A DNA stretch of 62,367 bases, taken from NCBI GenBank assembly GCA_013239625.1, contig MU054323.1:19548819-19611185 (forward strand). Direction: 5' to 3'. The notes beneath the pieces were generated by a model that did no database searches, was not told where the DNA came from, and was given only the letters and a program-made list of their open reading frames with translations. Shown one piece after another: positions 38,681 to 50,503 of this stretch; position 1 is the first letter of the stretch; every line of letters begins with the position of its first letter. The DNA is from Lama guanicoe. Lineage: Eukaryota. The position numbers were made by a program, and so were the translations under genes.

Positions 38681-39110
38681 CTTGGTGAAACTGTCTCCCC
38701 AAAACGGACCACAGATTTTTCAAAATAAAGCCATCAAGACACTCCAGGAACCCCAATGCAGCAGCTCAAGGGCTCCTAGCATTTGTAATTTATTCCCCAC
38801 CCAAGAACTGAAAATGTATTTTTAATTAAAAGAAAATTACAAAATAGAGAGATCCCCATGGAAATAGAGTCCCAAGGAGCAGCCAGGTGGTGGTTTCCTC
38901 CCCTGTTCCCCGAGCCCTCCCTCCTAAGGAAGTACTGGTGCGAGCACCTCTGGGATTACAGCCCGAAGACAGAGGGGCTGGAAGGGGATTCTTCCAACTG
39001 GATGCGAGGCTGGGGGAGGGGCAGCTTCCAGGCAGTTCCATCAGAGAAGAGGTTGCTCCACAGGGGGTGGTGGGACTCCAGAGTCCCAGAAAGAGGATGT
39101 GGAGTGAGCA

Positions 39111-39575
39111 ATGCCAAAGAAAACTGTGCCAGACAGAGTTAAACAAGCAAGGGAGATTTTATTCAAGGCTCTTGCAGCAAGAGGGGAGAGGGGCTGAACA
39201 AAAGGCAAGGCGGGAGAGTCGTTAAGGGTTGGAGTGAGCTGGCGAAAAAGCACTGGAGGAAGGTAGCCGGGAGGCGGGGCAGTGTGATCAGGCCATCTGT
39301 GTTTGCTAGCTGGTGCTTGTGGAAGTGAGGCTCCTACCTGCCCACAGAGAGGGGGAGACTAGGCTGCTAGCGTTCCTGGTGAATTTATTTCAAAGGGGTG
39401 GCTCCCAGGTTCCTAGGTTATCAACCTGGCAAGAGGCTGTGAGAAGATTTACATTTCAAAAGGGCAGGGGAAGAATTTACAGGTGAAGGTTTTCTAAAGT
39501 AAACACTCTATGCGGAGAAGGTCAGAGGCCCTGAGTCCGGAAGAAGCCCTGTTGCAGGACTGACCAGTTTGGCCA
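39111..39575 (-). mobile_element. ERV1-class solo LTR (MER31/MER67/MER90-like)
   Basis: tgccaaagaaaac...gattttattc (antisense AATAAA), caggccatctgtgtttgctag, agatttacatttcaaaagggcag, tttctaaagtaaac. Confidence 0.6.
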
Positions 39576-41989
39576 AACTGGTGGAACCTGCAGCCATCTG
39601 GCTCCGTCCAAGTGCCAGGACCCTCTGCACACTTTGCAGACGAGGCCCTGAAGCCCAGATCTGCAGCACCACTGTCTTTGTCCCCAGCGCAGCAGTTCAA
39701 AACGGATTTTTCTTTCCTTTCGTCGTGAAAATAGCCCGTTTGGGAAAAACAATTTGTTTCCCCATCGGCTTTGGCATTCTTCCCTCTCCTTTGGCATCGA
39801 AACCATTAAGACTTTGAAAATCATTTCATTTAAAGACAGAGAATTGAATAGCAAGGCTTTCTTAATCAGGTCTCAGCACTGCACCAACCGAGCTGACTCT
39901 GCATTTTTAAAAAGTTGCCCGGCTTCCTGCGGAGGCAAGATAGCGACCATTTATAAACACGGCTGTTGCAACCAGGCGTTCTTCTGCTTAACGCTGGCAG
40001 CTCTGACCTGAACAGCTCAGGTACAGCTCTACTCAGAGACAAGACTCTCCAATGGGAGACACTGAAACACTCCCAATAGCAATTCATGCAGAAATTGTAT
40101 TTAAGTAGAACTAGTAGGCACACAGCTCACAGCCTTGACTGTAGACTGAGCCTGCCTCTAACTCTGGAAAAGAAATAGAAGTCGCTCATTTAAGCCTCTT
40201 CCAGGGAGACTCTCTGAAGGCTTGTTTCCCGCCCCTTCTTTGGGGACGTGAAGGAGCCCTCCCACAGCTCCCCAGCGTCATCGAAGCATCAATCTCCTCT
40301 TCATTAGAAAGCTCAGCATTTACATCAGGACAGAAGACTCGCTTTAAGCAAACGATGCCTGCAGCTGCTTCCCCCATCACCAGACTGGAATGAGAGCAAA
40401 ACCTGCAAAGTGGCAATGGTCGCTCCTGTTTATCCCACAGCATCTCATCCTAGGATGAGCAGTCATGGAGCTGCTGTGCAGAGTGACTGGAAGACTCTGC
40501 TCTGAGGTCTGTGTCTTCATCCTTTCTTCTTCATTGCAAAATCGATCCTTCTGCATCTCAGAAGTGCCATCCAGTTGTCCTAGTATCAGGGACCTGGGGA
40601 GTCCCAGAGGTGGTCCCCTCAGGGAGCCCCAGGACCCCGCCCCAGGAGCCCCGGTAGATTCTTTGGTCGATTTAGGCAGAATGTGAATCAAGTGCAGAGA
40701 CTGTTCCCATTTCGTGGACAGTAGCAGCACACGGTGCCATAACAATGCAGGTTTTCATCTCCAAGATGGGGTACACAGCCCCTGCCTCCTCCTGAGGAAA
40801 ACTGTGTGGTGGCCATAAGTGAGGTTCACATCCACAGGGTAAAGGAGAAAAGAGCCATGACCCAGTGGGCAGCTCAGAACCACACAGAGACAAGGGAGCA
40901 TGTGGTCCCAGCTTGGTCTACCCGGGGATGGAAAACTCCACCAACCTGCCCCCGAGTCCTGCGCTTCCTGCCACCTCGCTTCCTCTAAAACCTGCTTCAT
41001 TTTTCAGGAAAAGACTTTCTTACCTGAAGCAGATACGCTGTTCCTCTGGGTTTTGTTTTGTTTTGTTTAATGTGTTTAAGGCTGTGTTGTTTTTATAAAA
41101 CACCATTCAACTAACTCCCAGTGTGCCTGCTGCTTTTCAGTCAAGCCTCAAAGACTGTTGTGAGTTTCAAATTAGATCAGAAATCTTATTTTTAAATCAC
41201 TATTTTTAAACTCATCTGAAAGGATTTTCTAAAACTGCCCAGTGAAACATCAGGCATTGTCATGGACTCTATAAAGGGGGGATGAATCCTTCCCAGCCAC
41301 GGTATCCCAAAGTGCAAAGCTTCAAGCCCCCACGTGCCTGGATTAAATCCAGCCCATCTCTTCACCACCACCTGTACTGGTCCATAACTCACACCATTAA
41401 AATGAAAACCAGCAGAAAACCACAAAATGGAAGGTACTTACCCCAGAAACCTGGGGGCAAGGGAAGTTGTTTCAAGTCACAGTCAACTTGGCTCTGAGAT
41501 TTCTGGAAAACAAGGCAAAAAGGAAAGCTTGATGGGCTTCGTGGCTTATTTAGCTTCTCACTAGTTTAAGCTCTAATGGGGTCCAGATTCATCTTTCTGG
41601 TTTTACAGATAAAGAAACCTGGGCACAGAGAACACGGGGGTTTTGAGTAAGTTGACAGACCAGCCGAATCTGAACTTGATTCCCAGTCGATTGAGCCTTT
41701 CTGAATTCCTGTGCCATTTTGTACCCTGGAGTTTCCCTCCAGCCCTCAAATACAGTCCTTCCTTGAACCTGAACAGAAGCGAGGCACACGTGGCCAGGGA
41801 AGACTTTTTGGCAGCAGCAGGATTCATACTTATGGGGCACTGGGTCATTAAGCTGGAGTCTGCATCTGATAATGCATGTATGCATGTACTCACATCTTTC
41901 AAAGGTTCCTAGGAGGCACAGGATGGAGAAAACCACGCTCTTCCACTATTGAGTTGTGTGAACTTGGCAGAGTGATAGAGATGGAAATT

Positions 41990-42195
41990 AACACTTATAA
42001 CCAGGCCAGCTGAGCTAGGAGCATTTGCATGGATCCATCTTTTTAAACTACACCTGAACAGCTTGCAAGTCGAGGGGAATGAGGCTCAGGTGAGAGCTAA
42101 ATAGCTTGGCCAAGGTTGGTCACTGTTAATCTGCAAGATGAAAATTTAAAACCCACGTCTGTGTGACTCTAAAGCACAGGCTCTTCCCACAAAAC
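41990..42195 (-). mobile_element. MIR SINE
   Basis: gagggaatgaggctcagg...cttggccaagg...gtctgtgtgactctaaagc. Confidence 0.55.
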
Positions 42196-42618
42196 AGCAC
42201 TGGCCCCAAATCCCACACTGCGTCTTTCCTCATTTACAAAATCAGGAGGTCACATGAATGGTCATTAAGAAAAGTCACATATGACACGTACATACACATA
42301 TGTGTGTAGCACACAGGAAGGACCTTAAAGCAATACCCCAAAGGGTTAACAGCAAGTTTTCTCTGGGGTGGGGAATGAGCATGGCAGAGAGTGAGGAGGA
42401 AAGGAAGCAAGTATATATAAAACTTGATTCCTTTACAATTAAAATGTGTTTATATATCACATAATAAATAAAATAAAGAGACTGAACAGATAGTTCCAGA
42501 AGTCCTTTACAGCTATAATAACCACGTATATTTTTCCTTAAGGTTCAGCAGCCTCCTGCAAACTCACTTTACCTGAAAATGCAGGGTGATTTTTTTTTTC
42601 ACTAACACCGTGGAGCAA

Positions 42619-42652
42619 TAGTGCCATCCAGTGGTCACACTAAAAATTACAG
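42619..42652 (-). promoter_or_regulatory. Candidate CTCF binding site with possible upstream motif
   Basis: Minus strand reads CTGTAATTTTTAGTG-TGACCACTGGATGGCACTA; the core has one mismatch to CCASYAGRKGGCRS. Confidence 0.5.
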
Positions 42653-43049
42653 TGTACCTTTCCCATAACAGGAATACATCCTGTGTTCAACGTATCAGCC
42701 TCGTGGGAAAAAATAGTTCCTTCTTTATTTAGCAGTGATAAGTAATTAATTTAATTTGATAAAAGTAATTTTATCTGTGGTAAAATTTTCTTCATTATTC
42801 CCCCAAGCCAACCAATGCAGTATTCTCTCTTATCCCCATGTTCACATTTTTCACTTTCAGGTTCACATACTCTAACAACTGGAATGGAACTTAGGCACCC
42901 GTGGAAACTGCCCACATCATTTTACAGAGAAGGAAATCTGTTTCTAGGATGAGGGCCCCTCTTTTCATCAACAAGACCCTTCAACCCCCAGCACCACCTC
43001 AAGTCCAGAGCCGGGATTTAAGAGACAAGTCAAACGAAGCAACATTTGA

Positions 43050-44025
43050 GGTCAGGGTTAATATCCAACATATATGAACAGTTCATACAATTCAACATCA
43101 AAAAAACAAACAACCTGATTAAAAATGGGCAGAACTGAACAAACTTTTTCATAGAGGAAATGCAGATGGCCAATAGGCACATGAAAAGATTTTCAACACA
43201 GCTAATCATCAGGGAAATGCAAATCAAACCCACAATGAGATATCACCTCACACCAGCTAGAATGGCTATCACCAAAAGAACACAAAGAACAAATGTTGGT
43301 GAGGATGTAGAGAAAAGGAAATTCTTGTACACTGTTGGGAACGCAAACTGGTGCAGCCACTATGGAAAACAGTATGGTGGTTTCTCAAAAAACTAAAAAT
43401 AGAACTACCATATGACTGAGCAATTCCAATCCTGGGTATATATATGTGGAAAAAAAAACCCCAGTAATTTGAAAAGATACGTGCACCCCAATGTTCATAG
43501 CAGCATTATCTATAATCACTAAGATATGGAAGCAACCTAAGTGTCTATCAACAGAAGAATGCAAAAAGAAGATGTGGTATATATATGCAATGGAATATTA
43601 CTCAGCCATAAAAAAGAATGAAATTTTGCCATTTGCAGCAACATGGATGAACTTGGAAAGCATTATGCTAAGTGAAATAAGTCAGAGAAAGACAAATATC
43701 ATAAGGTGTCACTTACATGTGGAATCTAAAAAATACAAAAATACAACAAACTACTGACTATAACAAAAAAAAGCAGACTCAGAACAAACTAGTGGTTATC
43801 AGCAGGGAGAGGAAAATGGGGGAGGGACAATATAGAGATAGGTGATTAAGAAGTACAAACTATTAATATAAAATAAGCCAAAAAGATACACTGTACAAAA
43901 GAGGGAAATAGCCAATATTTTATAATAACTATAAATGGAGTATAACCTTTAAAAACTGTGACTCATGATATTGTACACTTGTAACATATTATATTTCAAC
44001 TATGCTTCAATAAAAAAATAAAAAT
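43050..44025 (+). mobile_element. 5'-truncated L1 (ORF2 C-terminal remnant + 3'UTR + A tail)
   Basis: ORFs 43160-43396 ([15 protein letters not shown]) and 43491-43757 (IWKQPKC...[19 protein letters not shown]) are frameshifted ORF2p; ends cttcaataaaaaaataaaa. Confidence 0.93.
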
Positions 44026-44291
44026 TTCTAAAATTGTGAATATAAAAAAGGAAGTGGATAAAATATATATATACATTAACTTCCTAGTAAGTTATCTGTG
44101 GAGAAAAATTATAATTTCTAGAAAATTCCAAATAAATTTAAAAAGTCACCAAATGACTAGCCTGTCTGGGACACTCATGATAGTGTCCTGTCAGATCTCC
44201 TGCAGTGTGTGTTGGCCTCTATTTTGTGGGAGGAGTAGTAGGGTACTGCATATTTATTTTACACACAAATACACATACTCTTACAAACATG

Positions 44292-44292
<1 letters not shown>

Positions 44293-44324
<32 letters not shown>
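44293..44324. repeat. (CA)n microsatellite
   Basis: About 16 uninterrupted AC units. Confidence 0.95.
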
Positions 44325-44327
<3 letters not shown>

Positions 44328-44344
44328 TAGCAAATATGCAGGCA

Positions 44345-44490
44345 AATCACTAAGTTTCAGTTCATCCATCTACGAAATGGAGGTAATATCACCAGTCCTG
44401 TAGAGTCATTTTAAGGATTAAAGGGGATCATGCATTTAAAGTGCTTAGCACAGTGCCCAGCACACAGTAAATGCTCAGTAAATGATGTTC
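44345..44490 (+). mobile_element. MIR SINE
   Basis: tcagttcatccatctacgaaatggagg...aaagtgcttagcacagtgcccagcacacagtaaatgctc. Confidence 0.8.
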
Positions 44491-45069
44491 ATGGTGGTAT
44501 TGCTGCTGTTTCATTAACACTAAATTAAGGCAAACAAAAGACAGTGTTGAGCCCCGTGGGTTGTAAGTGTTGTAGCATTGGACCCCAGAGGGTCTTGAGT
44601 GCTCCATCTCCAGACCGTCGGGCAGAGGTCAGACGACCAGCTCTCCTACAAGTGACTAATAAGAGCCCTTCCTTAGGTGAGGGATTGAGCCTCATGGATT
44701 CCAATGTCCCTTCTAACTCTATACCTCTGTGACCTTGTCTTTCTATGGTTTAACACGTGCATAGGGTCAGCAGGTCTTGGGTCTTCTAATCCCCCCCCAT
44801 ATTAACTATGTTGACCAAAAACAATAAACCTGCACATCAAAATAAGGTGAGAATACATGTGATATCTAATACCTGGGCGCAGAAAGGGAGGGGGGACCAC
44901 ACAGCTATAGTCCCTCCCTTGTTTTTGTCAGTTACTACAATGCCTGATAATTACTTAACACACGTTTCTTGATGAAATGTTTCTTGGCATGCTTGCTTTC
45001 TTTGTTCTCTATTCAATGAAAGCATTGCCTTTTCTTTGCCCACTTAGAACAGTCAGGTCAGGCATCACA

Positions 45070-45252
45070 CTTTTTACCGCCTGGAGACACTTGGCAACGT
45101 CTGAAGACATTTTGATTCACAAGAGGTGAGAGCTGCTACCAACATCTAGAAAACACAGGCCAGGGCTAAACATTCTATAATACCCAGGACAACCGCCACA
45201 GCAAGAAATTATCTGGCCCGAGAGTCAACAGTGCCCTCACTGAGAAACTCTG
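45070..45252 (+). mobile_element. MER20 hAT-Charlie
   Basis: gacacttggcaacgtctgaagacatttt...aattatctggcccgagagtcaacagtgcc...tgagaaactctg. Confidence 0.75.
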
Positions 45253-45259
45253 TTAAAAG

Positions 45260-45462
45260 CAGTGATCAGCAAACTTCTTCTTAAAGGGACAAATAGTAAA
45301 TATTTTAGGTTTGCAAGCCACACAGTCTCTCTTGCATCTACTCAACTCTGCTAATATAGTGAGAAAGCGGCCCTAGAAAATACGTAAATGAATGTGCCAT
45401 GTTCCAATAAAACTTTATTGACAAAAACAGGCAGCCAACTCAGTCATAATTTGCTGGCCCTA
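45260..45462 (-). mobile_element. MER58A hAT-Charlie
   Basis: aaagggacaaatagtaaatattttagg...tgttccaataaaactttatt. Confidence 0.85.
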
Positions 45463-45589
45463 CATTAGCATATGCTTAGGGAAATGAAAATATGCTTAAA
45501 TTAATGTTAATAATTATGTTATTGGTTATAAGTTTGGTATTTGTGTTGTAAGACTTGTGAGATAAGGCAAATGAATAATTATGCTGGAA

Positions 45590-46940
45590 TAATTGGGAAC
45601 TAGATTTTCTATATACTAGCAACAAAGAATTAGAAAGCAAAATTTTTTTAATGTACAAAGCAACAACAATATCACACTCTTGGAAATAAATCTAGTGAAA
45701 TATGGCAGTTTTTCACTAAAAACTGGAAGACATTTCTGGGAGAAATTTTAAGAGATCTAAATAAATGGAGAAATCTGCCAGGTTCATAAAATAAAAGGCT
45801 CAATATTACTAAGATGTACAGTGTCCTTAAACTGGTATATAAATTGTTATGCCAAAAATGCCAACAAGCTATGTTGAATAAAAAGACAATGTGATTCTAA
45901 ATTCTACAAGGAAATTCAAAGGCTTGAGAACATTCAAATAATCTTGAAAAAGAAGAATAAAGTTGGCAGCTTTATAGTACCTGATTATAAGACTTATTGT
46001 AAAGCTATAGTAATCAATATAGTATGGTATTGATAGGGATGGACAAATTGATAAAATGGAACAGAATAAGGAGTCCAGAAATAGGCACACACATAAAGCA
46101 AACTGAATTCAACAAATTGATTTTACCAAGTCAATTTAGAGGGTGAAAATGATCTTTTTTACGAATGTTGCTGGAACAAATGGATACCTAGATGAAAATA
46201 AAATGGACCTCAACTCAATCTCACCCCGTACACAAAGATTAACTCAAGATGGATCAGAGACCTAAAAGCAAAGCACAAAACCTTACTACTTCTAGAAGAA
46301 ATCACAGAAAAAATATCTTAATGATTTAAGGGTTGGCAAAATGTTGGACCAGAGACAAAAGTCACATGCCGTAAAAGAAAAATTGATGCTAAACCTCACA
46401 AAATTTTAAATTCCTGTTCATCAAAACACTACCAAGAAAAAGAAGACAAATCATTGACTGGGAAAAACTATTTTCAGCATACATTTGTAACCAAATTTTT
46501 TTAAAAAGTGTATTCAATATATGTAAGTAACTTCTACATATCAACAATAAAAAGACAAAAGACTCAATTAAAAATGGACAAAAAACATGCAGTCATCTCT
46601 AAATACACACACACACACACACACACACAGAAAATGTCCAATAAGCTCATGCAAAGGTAATCATCAGGCATCAGGGAAATGAACATTAAAACCACGATAT
46701 CACTTCATTCCAACTAGAATGACAAAAATTTAAAAGATTGACAATGGCAAACATTGGCAGAGAGGCAGAGCCACCAGAACGCTCATACACTGCTGGTCAG
46801 TGTATAAAATGGTACAAGTGCATCGGATGGGCCAAGAGTTGACAACTGCTGAATCTGAGTGATGGGTACATGCATATTCATTACACTACCCTCTTTACTT
46901 CTGTGTAGGTATGAAGTTTCTAGCATTAAAAACTTAAAAA
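45590..46940 (+). mobile_element. Old L1M (ORF2 3' half + 3' end)
   Basis: ctaaataaatggaga, aaagctatagtaatcaa, aatggaacagaataaggagtccagaaata, ctcatacactgctgg; contains (CA)n at about 46605-46629. Confidence 0.85.
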
Positions 46941-47037
46941 AAGAAAGAGTGGACATCTATGACCAAGGAAATGATCCTGATTCTCAGGGAAAAGTTGTAT
47001 TTTCCCCAGCCCCAACAGTTAATACCAATCAGCAATA

Positions 47038-47203
47038 TTGGTTTTTTCAAACTCAGGCTGCATATCAGAAACTTTTTAGAAATATCAATCCCAGGCCTTA
47101 CTCTGGACCAGTAAATCTGAATCTCTAGGGACAGGACCCAAGCACAGTATTTTTCTAAACTCCCCTGGAGATTCTAAAGTTCAGCCATGGTTGAGAAGCA
47201 CAG
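47038..47203. mobile_element. MER5B-like hAT-Charlie MITE
   Basis: aatctgaatctctagggacaggaccca...tcccctggagattctaaagttcagccatggttgagaagcac. Confidence 0.7.
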
Positions 47204-47217
47204 ATAAATATAATCTT

Positions 47218-47395
47218 TTCCCTGTTTTTTTTTTTTTTTTAGCATTTTTTGGTTTTCTTTCTTTTTTTGTTTTTAGTGGGGGGTGGGGGGTAGTTAGGTT
47301 TATTTATTTATTTTCAGAGGCGGTATGGGGGATTGAACCCAGGGCCTGTTGTGTGCTGGTGGGCGCTCTACCACTTAAGCTATGCCCTCCTCCCA
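47218..47395 (-). mobile_element. tRNA-Ala-derived SINE (camelid Vic-1-like)
   Basis: Poly-T tail, gggattgaacccagggcc, gcgctctaccacttaagctat; exact 14-bp TSD ataaatataatctt (47204-47217, 47396-47409). Confidence 0.92.
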
Positions 47396-48809
47396 ATAAA
47401 TATAATCTTAACTCCTGGTTACTTTTCGTGTCCTCTTTGGATGTCATGACAGTTAGAGACCTGACAAGAAACAGAATTCACCCCACATTGGTAGAAATCT
47501 GGGCAGGGTTAAGAGAACAAACACACCCAGCAAGATGCCCTTGCATTAATTAGCCCCTGGAGATGGAGAGAGTAGCTTTTCCCTAGCCCAGTGAGGGCTG
47601 GAGCCATGGGAAAGACATAGTCCTGGATGGGACCAGAAGCCAAGGCAGGAGATGGTACTCACAAGAACCCTGACCTCCCTCTCCCCCCACCTTCCAGGCT
47701 AGCAGGAAAGCCTGGAGTGACACACTCTCCAGGAGGGGACGCAGAGCAGGACAGAGTTGGCAGAGGGTATGAGGAGGATGGTGTCAGGCAGGCACGTGTG
47801 CTAACTACACTGATGCCAACAATTCCAATTCCCTGCTGCCGGTAGCTTGCCCATCAAACCTGACTCCCCTCCCTCTTCTTGCCCACCGGTGACTGAATCA
47901 GTTTCTTGACCCCACCAAGGCAGAAGTGCCAGAGGCCAGTCTGGGAGGGCATGGGGCAGGGTGCTCAGTTCTGCAGAACTATGCATTAGTCTCAAAGAAT
48001 TTAAGTCAGCAATCTATAGCAACTATGAGGAATCACACGTTATCTCACCAGCAGAGAATTAACCTCTGGTTCCCTGTCCTGGCCACCCTTTATTTAAAGA
48101 AATGAAAGAAAGAAAAAAAGGACAGAGACTGGAAAGTATTTTTTCAATGACCGTATTTGAAAATGTTGTATAAAATCTATCTGATGTAGAAAGTTCTAGG
48201 TACCTCCTCTAGCCCATCCTCCTCATCTTATAAGTAAGGGATCTGAGACCAAAACCAGAGAGATGAAGTGATTGGCCTCAAGTCACCATCTGGTTAGGAG
48301 CAGAGTCCAAATTTTGTGACTCCCAGCCCAGGGCAAGACTCACTACCCCACACAGGCTCTCAAGTGCTTGTCCATTTGGCCAGCCAAAGCTGGACCATTA
48401 GACCCCCGGGGTAGCAAGAGCATGGAAACCCTTGCCACTTACATTTTACCTTTCCTTTCCACCCAGACGTGACTGTAATTACTCGGTCTATCTCAGAGGG
48501 CAGAGTTTTTTAAGGCCGAGAAAGGAAATAAATGCCCGCAAGCTTCCGGCTGGTTCCAGAAGGCTGGTGCTCAGGGGGCCGCCTGAGGCAGTGCCAGGTT
48601 GATCCAGGGAGGCGAGCATGAGAAGGAAGCGGGCTCCATTAGCTTCCTGATAAAAAGCTAATCCCAGAAGCTGGCCCAGTTGCTACAGGGTAAAGGCTTA
48701 GGCAGGGCGCTTCCTGGTGCATTCAGAGTCTCTGTCCTCAGGAGGTCCAGCCAAGGATGAGGGGAAAGACCAGAAACGTTCCAGGAGTCCTTCCAGCTCC
48801 GAGGGCCAC

Positions 48810-48848
48810 ATTTATTTATTTGTAGAGGCGGTACGGGGGATTGAACCC
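48810..48848 (-). mobile_element. 5'-truncated mini copy of the same SINE
   Basis: tttatttatttgtagaggcggtacgggggattgaaccc closely matches the copy at 47300-47340; flanked by agggccac twice. Confidence 0.8.
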
Positions 48849-48879
48849 AGGGCCACCTCCCTCCAGCCCACACCCCAGA

Positions 48880-49090
48880 ATTCTCTCTCTGGCCACAGCC
48901 CTGTCAGTGCCCTTCATCACAATCTGGAATTATACATTTAATGTTTTGTTTACTTGCTTACTGTTGGTCTCTCCCACGTGACTAAGCTCCGCAAGACCAG
49001 GGATTGTAGTAGCCAGTGCCCAGGAGAGCACCTTCTACTTCGCAGGCACACCCAAAAATATCTGTTGGAAGTGTTAAATAAATGGATGAC
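48880..49090 (+). mobile_element. L2 LINE 3' end
   Basis: tttgtttacttgcttactgttggtctctccc...aaaatatctgttggaagtgttaaataaatggatga. Confidence 0.65.
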
Positions 49091-50319
49091 GCCATGAAAA
49101 CACCCTTGCTCCTAAGGAAGGGCAAACCGCTTTCAGAGGGAAACGAGTTCTGGCATTTGTAAGTAGGGTCAATTACAGTGCGTTCCTGTACCTCCAGCTG
49201 CCAGGCCACCTGGAAGCCCACCCTGCCCTGTGAAACAGTAGCATGCGTACAGAGGTTTCTGGATGCCACAGCACTTCCACGTCGCAGCTTACCCAGAATA
49301 ACCGCCTTCATAAGTAGGAAACACTTATTCTACCTTCAAATCCAGTGCTCTTCCCTGCACCTCTAGCACGATCAGAGTCCTCGTTCTGAGCATACACCAG
49401 GGACAGGCTCTATTGTTCCACTTTTGCAGAAGAAAAACAGGAGCCCTGAGAAAATATTGGCTTTGCTGATCCAAGTTACGCCTGAAGCAAGAGCCAAAAT
49501 TCCTCTTAGGATTTGAAAGGAGAAAAAAGGAAATTGAGGCTTAAAGGGGCAAGCACTCTTCCGCCTGGTAGAGAAAAAGAGAAGCAAAGGAGAAAAAAGA
49601 AACAGAAAAGGGCAGTGTTTCTGGCCTGGTGATTAAACAGGGAGATTAACTAAATGGCCGCTAATCCTCCACTTTCCCCCAGATAAAGCAGGTGCATTAG
49701 TCCCTGGGAAAGGGCAGGCCACCCTGCTGGGAGCTCAAGTCTCCCCCCACCAATCTGCCTGGTGTGCAAGAAGCCCCTGCTTGACATATATTAAAACTAT
49801 TGTTGTTATTAATAATGCCAACACTTTAGATTTGCATAGCTCCATTTCTTCTAAGAGTTTAAAGCCTTTCACACACAGGGTCTAATTCTCTCTTAGAATT
49901 TTAATCAGAATAGCGTTCCCAGGTAGCTATGTAAATACATTTAAAAGTTCTCCAAACATTTAAACACATTTCAGCCTTATCTATACCCTCTTCCCCCTGT
50001 TCCAGGTTTAGCACATTTCCATTTGGATTATCTGTCTTTGAAACACTAGTTTTCAAAACAGAAAATGAAAAGAGCAACTATAAACCTCCAGTCTCTGGCC
50101 AAATGTACATCCTCCCTGTACCTCCATCACAAGAGGTGCAGAAGAAGCTTCAAAAACAGCACAGGATTCACTTCTCCCCAACCCCACCCACTCTCCCTTT
50201 GGTATGTATTCCTTCTGCTCCCAATGTAACTAAGGGGTAGAAACTATAGTTTACTCACACTGAGGTGTCTAGTCTGCCCAGGCCACTGTGCTAGTTGCTT
50301 TACGAATATTGTCTTATTT

Positions 50320-50503
50320 TTAAATTTTTTTTATTATTTATTCCTTTATTGAAGTATAGTCAGTTACAATGTGTCCATTTCTGGTGTACAGCACAACTAT
50401 ATTCAATACCTTGTAATAACCTTTAATGAAAAATAACATGAAAGTGAATATGTGTATATATATATATATGCATGACTGGGACATTGTACTGTGCACCCGA
50501 AAC
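50320..50503 (-). mobile_element. Short L1 3'-end insertion with 5' inversion, inside a MIR
   Basis: T-rich tail + antisense L1 terminus to about 50396, then sense-oriented L1 3'UTR to 50502; TSD attgtcttattt (50308-50319, 50504-50515). Confidence 0.85.
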
